A stretch of 64,000 bases of DNA, from NCBI GenBank assembly GCA_964621185.1, contig CAZULM010000029.1, positions 987 to 64,986 on the forward strand. Reading direction: 5' to 3'. This document shows, in pieces, positions 26,087 through 34,500 of this stretch. This DNA is from an uncultured Saprospiraceae bacterium (GTDB lineage Bacteria > Bacteroidota > Bacteroidia > Chitinophagales > Saprospiraceae). The notes beneath the pieces were generated by a model. It was given only the letters and a program-made list of their open reading frames with translations. It ran no database searches and was not told where the DNA came from. Position 1 is the first letter of the stretch. The number at the start of each line of letters is the position of its first letter. The translations under genes were made by a program, and so were the position numbers.

Positions 26087-28087
26087 TTATTTTGCAGTAC
26101 CGGTAGGTTCTACCTTGTTGTTGGTACCGAATTTCAACGGCACGTTGGCGCCGCGCGGCGATACCCGCACATAGCCCTGCATTTCCTGGTGCAGCGCCGA
26201 GCAGAAGTCGGTGCAGTAGATCGGGAACACGCCCACGCGGTCGGGCACCCATTTGAGCGTACAGGTTTCGCCCGGCATGATGAGTATTTCGGCATTGTTG
26301 CCACCTTTCACGGCAAACCCATGGGGCACGTCCCAGTCTTGCTCGAGGTTGGTAACGTGGAAATAGACCTCATCGCCCAGCTTTATGCCCTCGATATTGT
26401 CTGGCACGAAGTGCGAGCGGATGGATGTCATGTTGACGTGCACTTTGTTGCCTTCGCGGAACACCTTGGCCTCTTTTTCGCCTTTTGCCACATAAGGGTG
26501 CTTGTTGTCTTCAATCTTGAAGAACTTGACCGCTTTAGGCGCTACGAGGCTGGCCGGAATGGCTTCGGCATAGTGCGGCTCGCCCGCCGTGGGGAAGTCG
26601 AGCAGCAGTTTCATTTTGTCGCCGCTGATGTCGTACAGTTGGGCAGACTGTGCCAGCTCAGGACCGGTTGGCAGGTAGCGGTCTTTGGTGATCTTGTTGT
26701 AAGCGATCACGTATTTCCCCCAAGGCTTGCGCGTAGGGCCGCCGGGAATGCAAAGGTGGCCAATGGAGTAATAGGTGGGCACGCGGTCCACCACTTCCAA
26801 GCTCTCGATGTTCCACTTTACGATTTCGGAAGAAACGAACATAGAGGTGTAAGCGAAGCCTTTGCCATCGAACTCGGTGTGCAAGGGGCCCAGGCCGGGC
26901 TTTTTAACCTCGCCGTGCAGCGCAGCGTCGTATTTAATCACGGGGATGCCTTCGTATTCGCTTTCAAAATTTTTGTCTTCAATCGCTTTCAGAATCTTCT
27001 TGAAAGAGAACACCGGCACTACTGCCGCCAATTTTCCCGAGCCGGCGATGTATTCCCCGCTTGGGTCCACGTCGCAGCCGTGCGGCGATTTCGGGCATGG
27101 GATGAAATATACCACGTCTTTCAACTCCTTTGGGTCCAGCACGATGGTCTCCGTCTTGATGGTGCTGGTAGCGGTATGGGTGTGTTCGTCGTACACATTG
27201 TGGGCAAAGCGCACTTTGGCCCTTTTGCCTTTGCCGGCCTTGGCGTATTCCTCGCATTTCTTCCAGTTCACGGCCATGATAAAGTCCTTGTCCTTCTGCG
27301 AAGCGTTCACTTCGAGCAGGGTGCTGGCCTGTTCGGTGTTGTAGCAAGAGAAGAAGAACCAGTCGTGGGAGGGGCCCCGCCCACAGCGGCTGAGGTCGAA
27401 GTTGACGCCCGGGAGAATCACCTGGAAACCGAGGTCCATGCGCCCTGTCTCAGGGTTGATGCTGATAAAGGAAACGGTGCCTTTAAAATTTTCTTTGTAC
27501 GAGCTGATCGGCACGTCGGGGTTGGAGTCGGCATCGTCCATCGGGTAGCTGAAACGCGTACCAGCTACGGCATACTCCGAGTTTTCGGTGATAAAGGGCG
27601 AGGAGTGGTTGCCCGCGCTGTTCGGGATTTCGATGATCTCCTCCGTGCGGAAGGTGGCGAGGTTGATCCGGGCGATGCGGGGCGTGTTGTTGCCGTTGGC
27701 AAAGGCCCAGCGTCCGTCGTGCTCGCCGTTGGTGGTGGAAAGCGCGATATGGTGCAGGTCGTCCCAAGGCACAAAGCCGTGGGAAGTGTTCAACATAGGC
27801 TTCGTTTCTTCGCTGTAGCCCCAGCCGTTTTCAGGGAACTGCGAAAATACGGGCACGATGCGCAGGAGGCGGCCTGATGGGAGGCCATAGATGCCAACCT
27901 GGCCATTGAAGCCCCCGGAGACGATGTTGTAGAATTCATCGTGCTTGCCAGGCGCCACATAAACTTTTCCGGCTGCATCACCCTCCACGGCCGTGGCCGG
28001 GTTCTGCGGTTTGCAACCAGGCGAGAACAATACCGCAGGCACTGCCAGCGCGACAAAAAGGAGCGATAAAAAATGTCGGAATTTCAT
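26087..28087 (-). CDS. nosZ: Nitrous-oxide reductase, clade II (Sec-dependent)
   Basis: CuA motif CTDFCSALHQEM near the C-terminus. DDLHH and other His ligands of the seven-bladed propeller. The N-terminus MKFRHFLSLLFVALAVPAVLFSPGC lacks a twin-arginine motif. Confidence 0.95.
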   Translation of the reverse strand: MKFRHFLSLLFVALAVPAVLFSPGCKPQNPATAVEGDAAGKVYVAPGKHDEFYNIVSGGFNGQVGIYGLPSGRLLRIVPVFSQFPENGWGYSEETKPMLNTSHGFVPWDDLHHIALSTTNGEHDGRWAFANGNNTPRIARINLATFRTEEIIEIPNSAGNHSSPFITENSEYAVAGTRFSYPMDDADSNPDVPISSYKENFKGTVSFISINPETGRMDLGFQVILPGVNFDLSRCGRGPSHDWFFFSCYNTEQASTLLEVNASQKDKDFIMAVNWKKCEEYAKAGKGKRAKVRFAHNVYDEHTHTATSTIKTETIVLDPKELKDVVYFIPCPKSPHGCDVDPSGEYIAGSGKLAAVVPVFSFKKILKAIEDKNFESEYEGIPVIKYDAALHGEVKKPGLGPLHTEFDGKGFAYTSMFVSSEIVKWNIESLEVVDRVPTYYSIGHLCIPGGPTRKPWGKYVIAYNKITKDRYLPTGPELAQSAQLYDISGDKMKLLLDFPTAGEPHYAEAIPASLVAPKAVKFFKIEDNKHPYVAKGEKEAKVFREGNKVHVNMTSIRSHFVPDNIEGIKLGDEVYFHVTNLEQDWDVPHGFAVKGGNNAEILIMPGETCTLKWVPDRVGVFPIYCTDFCSALHQEMQGYVRVSPRGANVPLKFGTNNKVEPTGTAK

Positions 28088-28131
28088 ATAAAATTTGATT
28101 TGTAAATTGTTAGGCTAAGGTTCATTCCAAG

Positions 28132-28599
28132 TTATTTTTCCCCGTCGTTGGCGCGCATGAACTCGAGGAGCTTTCGCGCCTCGTCCTCGGATATGTTCTG
28201 GTTGGGCATGCGCACCAGGCATTCTTCGAGTAGCTTTTGGCCTTCGGGGTCATTTTCCAGCATCATGTCCACGTTGGTGATCATGTTCATGATCCACAGC
28301 GGCTGGCGTTTTTTGGTGACGCCGGCCCAGCCTGGGCCAACCAACTTTTCATCGGTGAGCTTGTGACAGGCCAAGCATTTCAACTCGTAATTTGCCTTGC
28401 CCGCAGCTACCCAGTCCTTGTTGAGCGGGTTGGTCAGCTCGATGGTCTTCAACTCGGTGCCGTGCACTTCGGGCTGCGGCGTGGCGGCTTCAGACGGTGT
28501 GGGCGATTTTTTGGCTGCGTCTTCTGCTTCTTTTTTGGAAGTGCAGGCGACAAGGCCAATGGCCAATAGGCTGAGCAAGAAAATCGTTTTGCGAAACAT
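28132..28599 (-). CDS. Mono-haem c-type cytochrome lipoprotein
   Basis: Lipobox LVAC and haem motif CLACHK. First gene of the nos operon. Confidence 0.8.
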   Translation of the reverse strand: MFRKTIFLLSLLAIGLVACTSKKEAEDAAKKSPTPSEAATPQPEVHGTELKTIELTNPLNKDWVAAGKANYELKCLACHKLTDEKLVGPGWAGVTKKRQPLWIMNMITNVDMMLENDPEGQKLLEECLVRMPNQNISEDEARKLLEFMRANDGEK

Positions 28600-28652
28600 G
28601 ATAAATGGTAGCGTTGGTTGAAAGAATTAAAGAGGTTCAGCTCTTTTTTTGA

Positions 28653-28660
28653 CAAAAGTA
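28653..28660 (-). promoter_or_regulatory. Candidate -7 box (TACTTTTG on the minus strand) for the nos operon
   Basis: caaaagta on the plus strand, 54 nt upstream of the cytochrome c start. Confidence 0.45.
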
Positions 28661-28741
28661 TTGGGGTGGGGAATCGGGGAAACATGAGCTGCGTCATCAA
28701 AGAGCCTGATCTTCGTCTGTGGCAGATTACTGCTGTCAAAC

Positions 28742-28749
28742 TACTTTTG
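28742..28749 (+). promoter_or_regulatory. Candidate -7 box TACTTTTG for the helicase gene
   Basis: Exact TAnnTTTG match 114 nt upstream of the ATG at 28863. Back to back with the nos promoter box. Confidence 0.35.
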
Positions 28750-28862
28750 TATATGTTCTCCTAAACCTTTGGCCAATCAATAGTTTCACAGCACGCGCAA
28801 AAGGAAGCGTTCAAATACAGCCCGCCTTCCGCCCAACTTCCGTATTATTGCATCCAGGATCA

Positions 28863-31028
28863 ATGCTTCTCATGCAGCAAACAACCGTCACCAACCTCGC
28901 CCCCCTCAACGAAAAGCAGCGCGAAGCCGTCGTCAGCGATGCCAAGCGCGTGCTGGTGCTGGCCGGCGCGGGTTCTGGAAAGACCAAGACCCTCCTGCAA
29001 AAGATCATCTACCTGATCGAAGAAAAAGGGGTGAGCGCCAAAAACATCATGGCCATCACCTTCACCAAGAACGCCGCCAACGAAATGCTCGACCGCCTGA
29101 TCATGGCCGCCGACAAGAACGGGGACTACGCGGCCATCCTGCACGACAAAAAGCGCTCGGTCTCCGACAAGAACGGCGCCCGGCGGGTGTTCGCCCGAAA
29201 GTTCAAATGGATAGAAGGCCTCACAGTGCGCACCTTCCACAGCTTCGGCTACAGCCTCTTGCGGAGCTTCGGCGTGAACGAGTTCGACAACAAGTTCAGG
29301 ATCATCAGCGAAGAGAAGAGCAAAGAAGAAGATGAATTTTCCCGCTACCTGGCGCCGGAAACAGTGTATGAGGTGTTCTACAAGCTCCTCCTGCAGCGCT
29401 GCGAAGACCAACAGTATCTCCTGGCACTGAAGCGATATGTGCTGGACTATATCGTGGACAAAATCCACGTGCCGGCACAAAAAGCCCGGCTAATGCAGCG
29501 CGACGGCAAGTTCTACACCGCGCTCGACGGCACCCGTGTGCGCTCCAAATCGGAACAGTACATCGCCGATTACCTGTTCCGGCACAGCATCCCGTTCGAG
29601 TACGAGGCTAAAATACAGGTGAAGGACTTCGCGTTCCGCCCCGACTTCTACATCCCTGCCGCCAACCTGTACATCGAGCACGTGAGCAACAAAAGCTACC
29701 CGATGCGCGACAAGGAGGAACAGTTTTCTCTGGGTGGAATTTTGTACGCCAAAACTTATGAGCGCATGGCGGAAAACTCGGCGGTGTTCAACCTGGAGCT
29801 CGACAAGCTCATCCGGGGGCGGCTGCCAGCCAATTACAGCACAGCCGTTACCATAAGCTTCCAGGAAGCTTTCAAAGGCCATCTGGACCATGTAAGAGAA
29901 TTCGTCGTCACCGTGCAGCGCATCACCGACATGATCAAGGTGGAAAGCCTGAACCCGGCGCAAATACTGGAAAAAGCCCTGCAGGACCCGCACGAGCGCA
30001 TCCGCGACTTTTACCGACTGGCCATACCCCTCGTGCAAGGCTACGAACATTACTGCATCGACAAATCCTACCTGGATTTCAACGACCTCATTTCCCGCTC
30101 GGTGTCGCTCCTGAAAAACCAGCCCGACATCGCCCAGCAACTGCGGGCCCGCTACCCATACGTGCTGGTCGATGAGTTCCAGGACGTGAACAACCTGCAA
30201 GTTGACCTCGTAAAATTGTTGCTCACCGAACAGACCCAGCTTTTCTGCGTCGGCGACGACTGGCAGAGCATATACGGTTTCCGGGGCTCCAATGTGGACT
30301 ACATCATCGAGTTCGAGCGGCATTTCTCGCCCGCCACCATCATCAAGCTCAACCTCAACTACCGGAGCACCCAGAACATCGTCGGCGCCAGCAACGAGGT
30401 GATCAGGAACAACAAGCACAAGATCGAGAAGGACATGGCGGCCTCCAAGATGTCGGAGCACAAGATCGTGGTGTATGCCGGCGCCGAAGAGGAAGAGAAC
30501 GTGGAATACTGCATGAAGCGCGTCCGCGAATGCACGGAAGATGGTGTGCCACCGGAAGAAATCTTGTTCCTGTACCGCCGCACCAAGATGTTCGCACCCT
30601 ATTTCGAAGGGCTGAAACGGGAGGGATTGCGGGCGCAGCACAAAACCATCCACTCGGCCAAGGGCCTGGAGGCGCGGGTGGTATTTATCGTGGGCCTCAG
30701 CGACGGCTACGGGGGCTTTCCCGACGTCTGGCTGGAAGACCGGATTTTCCAGATACTGAAAAAGGCCGACCTCAACCTGCTGCTCGAAGAAGAGCGGCGC
30801 TTGTTTTATGTGGCCATCACCCGCGCCAAGGACAAACTTTTCCTGATCACGGAAAAAGGCCGGGAATCGAGCTTTTTAAAGGAAATACCGGAAACCTACA
30901 CCGTGCGCAGCAGCATCCCATCGCTTTCGGTGGTGGAAGAAGTGCGGCTTTGCCCCAAATGTTTCAGCCAGTTGGAAAAGCTGTTCGCTTATTGCCCGTA
31001 TTGTGGAGAGAAGCCAGAGGGGAGTTGA
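28863..31028 (+). CDS. UvrD/Rep-family SF1 helicase with embedded PD-(D/E)xK / Vsr-like nuclease module and C-terminal zinc ribbon
   Basis: Helicase motifs AGAGSGKT, VLVDEFQDVN, VGDDWQSIYGFRG, HSAKGLEA, FYVAITRAKDKL. Insert SKSEQYIADYLFRHSIPFEYE...FRPDFYIP...LYIEH at about 29500-29690. CPKC...CPYC at about 30952-31008. Start taken at the ATG at 28863 (28872 is also possible). Confidence 0.8.
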   Translation: MLLMQQTTVTNLAPLNEKQREAVVSDAKRVLVLAGAGSGKTKTLLQKIIYLIEEKGVSAKNIMAITFTKNAANEMLDRLIMAADKNGDYAAILHDKKRSVSDKNGARRVFARKFKWIEGLTVRTFHSFGYSLLRSFGVNEFDNKFRIISEEKSKEEDEFSRYLAPETVYEVFYKLLLQRCEDQQYLLALKRYVLDYIVDKIHVPAQKARLMQRDGKFYTALDGTRVRSKSEQYIADYLFRHSIPFEYEAKIQVKDFAFRPDFYIPAANLYIEHVSNKSYPMRDKEEQFSLGGILYAKTYERMAENSAVFNLELDKLIRGRLPANYSTAVTISFQEAFKGHLDHVREFVVTVQRITDMIKVESLNPAQILEKALQDPHERIRDFYRLAIPLVQGYEHYCIDKSYLDFNDLISRSVSLLKNQPDIAQQLRARYPYVLVDEFQDVNNLQVDLVKLLLTEQTQLFCVGDDWQSIYGFRGSNVDYIIEFERHFSPATIIKLNLNYRSTQNIVGASNEVIRNNKHKIEKDMAASKMSEHKIVVYAGAEEEENVEYCMKRVRECTEDGVPPEEILFLYRRTKMFAPYFEGLKREGLRAQHKTIHSAKGLEARVVFIVGLSDGYGGFPDVWLEDRIFQILKKADLNLLLEEERRLFYVAITRAKDKLFLITEKGRESSFLKEIPETYTVRSSIPSLSVVEEVRLCPKCFSQLEKLFAYCPYCGEKPEGS

Positions 31029-31078
31029 GCCAGGAAGGCACGACACAAAAAGACTTATCAAAACAAAAATAATATCCA

Positions 31079-34000
31079 ATGAGCAGCTTTGACAAAGGCA
31101 CAGGCAAACGCCCATCCAAAAACGCCTACCTGTGGGCTATTTTTGCAATGAGCATCGTTTTAGCCACAACCAATACCGCTGATGCCCAAATCGTGAACGG
31201 CACACAATCCGGCTTCACCTGGATTTCGACGGAAAACGTAACAGACAAGACATTTGGCTCCGGCTACACCATGTACTGCGCGGCATGGCCGATATTCAAA
31301 CAATACCCCGGCCCTGAACGCTTTCAAACCGGGCTGAGCAGCAGTTGGCTCAGCACACAACGAACAGGCAATGAGCCCAGCCAGTTCTACACCACCATCG
31401 AAGGCGGCCTGGGCTGGTGGCACGACACGCGTTTCGGCACAAAAGTCCCCAAGTTTATCATGGGCGGGGTGTCGTATAATTTCTATTCCTGGGCGAATGG
31501 GCCGGGCGCCGGGCGCAGCGATATGCTGCCCAACGGGCAGCGCGATTGGAGCACGCCCGGCGGCAAATATGGCGTGGCGCAACTATCCAACAGGCTGCTC
31601 TGGGCGCCCGACGGCTTGAACATGGCCCAGGGTTTGAGTGGCGAAATGCTCGGATATGGATATACGCCTTTGCCATTGACCGAACCTATCGCCAATACCA
31701 ATGGCACCGATGTCGAAACCGGGAACCAATGCTGGACGCTTTTCCTGAATTCCACCAACTTCAAAGGCCCTGCGACCTTTTTCCTGCCTACTTTTTGGAC
31801 TGAACCTGTCTTGCTCGACCCCAGTTTGGAAGGCTTGTTCCTGGATTCAAGGCCCTCCGAGCCCAACGTAGCTTTTGGGGTGGAGCACGCGGGCTCTCCG
31901 GCCATTATCGCCCAGGATGGCAACGGCAACCGGTACGCCAAAGTATCAAGGTTGCAATTCCCGGCCAACAACGACGACAGGTCTATGATATTGAACCATA
32001 TCGATGTTTATTCCCCCGATGCGCTCTGGAATAGCATGGAATCGTGGTTCAATGGAGGGCCCGCCGTGCCGCCGGGCTTCAACGCCGCCGGGGTGCGCGG
32101 GGTGCCCTTTGTCAACAACGGGGGCTCCATGGCAGCTGAAATCCATGAAAACCTGTTCAATGGCATAAAAAAGCCCGTTGACCTGGATTACATAGACAAT
32201 GTCCAGCTAAACTCTAACATCATGGGTTTTGAGTACGACCTGAGCGTTGTGGCCCGAGATGAAAAGGTGTTCAGGTTGCCCGAATATTTCAAGCTCGATC
32301 CCGACAGTTTGTGGCGCGCCGTTGAGGTGGACGAGGTGCCTGCAACTACCAATTTGAAAACCACCTCCGTGCCAAGCTCGCCCAGGCCTGAAATCACCTA
32401 TCTGACGCCAATGGATCCAGAATGCCAGTGGCAAGATCCAACCGGGCCCTGGAAAAGCCCCGGGCCTGTGACCGGGCCCTTCAAAGCCGAACTTGGAGAC
32501 GGCACCACGGTCACCTACTATTGGTATCGCTTTGTGGACCAACCTGCCATCATCCATGCCAAGCTCCCGGACGATATTCGAACCAAACTCCAAAGCAGGG
32601 TCGAGCTGATCCACGCCAATTGGAAACATACCGATGAATATCTGGCGCCGCCTTCAATTGGGAAGCTGGCGACCATCGATCCGGCGACAATCGTTCAACC
32701 GCCCGCAGGGCTGGAGATAGGATATGTGCCGATCGTGACCAGGCAAGAAAAAACCCAGAAAAAAGTAAGGGTGTTTGTTTTGGCCGGCCAGTCGAACATG
32801 CAAGGTTATGGCGCCATCGACGACCCTGAAAACGATCCGGGCAGCCTGCACGACGTTATCCAAAACGATACCGATGGCAAATGGGCTAAAATTGGTGTGA
32901 TAGGGAACTGGACTACGCTTGATAACGCCTACCTGTATTTTGAGCGGGATGCCGGGACCATCCGGTCGAATGTGACCGTCGGCCAGGGCGCTTATCCCGA
33001 CCTGATCGGGCCGGAGCTGGCGTTTGCGCACCAACTGGACGAATATTATGACGACCCCATCCTGATCATCAAAACTGCCTGGGGCGGGAAAAGCCTGGCC
33101 GTGGATTTTCGCCCGCCATCTGCCGGCGGCACAACGGGAGAATACTACAACGCCATGATCCAAACGGTGAAGGACGTCACGACAAACCTCAGCAGCGAAT
33201 TCCCCGATCTTGGCGCAACAGATTACGAGATCACCGGGTTTGCCTGGTTTCAAGGTTGGAACGACGGGGCATCCGACGACTTTTTGAACGAATACGAGAG
33301 CAATCTGTACCATTTGGCCAAGGATGTGCGGCATGATTTGGGCGTAGCGAACCTGCCCATCGTCATTGCAAGTTCAGGGCAAGGCGGCTTTGAGGCAACG
33401 GGCGACCTTTGGGTGCAGAGCATGCAAAACATAGTTTCGGTAGCCCAAGAAGCGGTGGGCTGCAACGACAGCCTCTACGGTGGTAAAGTAGGTTTTGTCA
33501 ATACGAAGCCCTTTTACCGGAACCAATCGGCATCGCCCGAAAACGCCATCCATCACTTCAACAACAACGCCCTTACTTTTTTGAACATCGGAAAATCAAT
33601 GGGCGACGAAATGATTTTGGCCATCAACGACATGGCATTTTGTTACCAGGACTGTTCCAATCCCATAACCCCGGATGTCGTATCAATAGGCAACCGGGTA
33701 TGGAACGACCTGAACCGCAACGGCATAAACGAGCCCGATGAGCCAGGTATCCCAGGGGTATCGCTGGTGATCTGGTCAGACCCGGATGGCGATGGCATCC
33801 CCGACTGGCAAGGCTTCGGCGGCGTCCGGGTGACAGATGAAAACGGGTATTACAAGTTTTCCGGTTTGGCGCCAGGCCCCTATGTGGTTTTTGTATGGCA
33901 GGTAAACAATTGGGGCCCAGGGGAGCCGCTTGAACATTTTGTATCCACCAATGGATTCCAGCCCAATGCCAACAACAACGTCGATTTTGACAACAACGGC

Positions 34001-34417
34001 TTTGGCAACCCTTTTTCCGACATCATGTCCGGGATTGTGACCCTCGGAATAGGGGAAGAGCCCCTCCAAGACGGCGACCCGTTCAATTGTTATTTTAACT
34101 ACGACGCCAACGGCAACAACTCCGTCGATTTCGGCTTTTATGACCCCAGCGTCTCTGCAACCCATGATGCATCCGTTGAAGAGCATTGGGTTCAATTATT
34201 TCCAATGCCCGTGCACCATGAATTTACGGTCAAAGGAAAAGTCGGCGATTACCGGCTGGAAATATATGATGCCTTTGGCCGAATGCTTCGGCGGGTCGAA
34301 TACCAAGGGGCTGCCCACACTGTTGATGTTTCATCGTTCCCGGATGGGCTGTATTTTGTCAAAGTGCAAAACCAGACGAACAGGCACAGCAAAATGCTCA
34401 AGCTGGTTAAACAATAA
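31079..34417 (+). CDS. Secreted multidomain protein: unknown N-terminal ~550 aa, sialate-O-acetylesterase/CE6-like domain, SdrD-B-like domain, T9SS type-A CTD
   Basis: VFVLAGQSNMQGYG esterase motif. GNRVWNDLNRNGINEPDEPGIPGV...GYYKFSGLAPGPYVV. C-terminus LFPMPVHHEFTV...GLYFVKV. Confidence 0.75.
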   Translation: MSSFDKGTGKRPSKNAYLWAIFAMSIVLATTNTADAQIVNGTQSGFTWISTENVTDKTFGSGYTMYCAAWPIFKQYPGPERFQTGLSSSWLSTQRTGNEPSQFYTTIEGGLGWWHDTRFGTKVPKFIMGGVSYNFYSWANGPGAGRSDMLPNGQRDWSTPGGKYGVAQLSNRLLWAPDGLNMAQGLSGEMLGYGYTPLPLTEPIANTNGTDVETGNQCWTLFLNSTNFKGPATFFLPTFWTEPVLLDPSLEGLFLDSRPSEPNVAFGVEHAGSPAIIAQDGNGNRYAKVSRLQFPANNDDRSMILNHIDVYSPDALWNSMESWFNGGPAVPPGFNAAGVRGVPFVNNGGSMAAEIHENLFNGIKKPVDLDYIDNVQLNSNIMGFEYDLSVVARDEKVFRLPEYFKLDPDSLWRAVEVDEVPATTNLKTTSVPSSPRPEITYLTPMDPECQWQDPTGPWKSPGPVTGPFKAELGDGTTVTYYWYRFVDQPAIIHAKLPDDIRTKLQSRVELIHANWKHTDEYLAPPSIGKLATIDPATIVQPPAGLEIGYVPIVTRQEKTQKKVRVFVLAGQSNMQGYGAIDDPENDPGSLHDVIQNDTDGKWAKIGVIGNWTTLDNAYLYFERDAGTIRSNVTVGQGAYPDLIGPELAFAHQLDEYYDDPILIIKTAWGGKSLAVDFRPPSAGGTTGEYYNAMIQTVKDVTTNLSSEFPDLGATDYEITGFAWFQGWNDGASDDFLNEYESNLYHLAKDVRHDLGVANLPIVIASSGQGGFEATGDLWVQSMQNIVSVAQEAVGCNDSLYGGKVGFVNTKPFYRNQSASPENAIHHFNNNALTFLNIGKSMGDEMILAINDMAFCYQDCSNPITPDVVSIGNRVWNDLNRNGINEPDEPGIPGVSLVIWSDPDGDGIPDWQGFGGVRVTDENGYYKFSGLAPGPYVVFVWQVNNWGPGEPLEHFVSTNGFQPNANNNVDFDNNGFGNPFSDIMSGIVTLGIGEEPLQDGDPFNCYFNYDANGNNSVDFGFYDPSVSATHDASVEEHWVQLFPMPVHHEFTVKGKVGDYRLEIYDAFGRMLRRVEYQGAAHTVDVSSFPDGLYFVKVQNQTNRHSKMLKLVKQ

Positions 34418-34500
34418 AATGATGCCTGTTTAGCCTTGATACCATCTCGTCAGATATGCCTGAATCGACCAACAAAACAATTTTCACCACAATCTATACC

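Noticed and set aside
26072-27877. 601-aa plus-strand ORF antisense to nosZ
   Set aside because: Shadow ORF. The opposite strand encodes NosZ with its CuA motif and propeller histidines.
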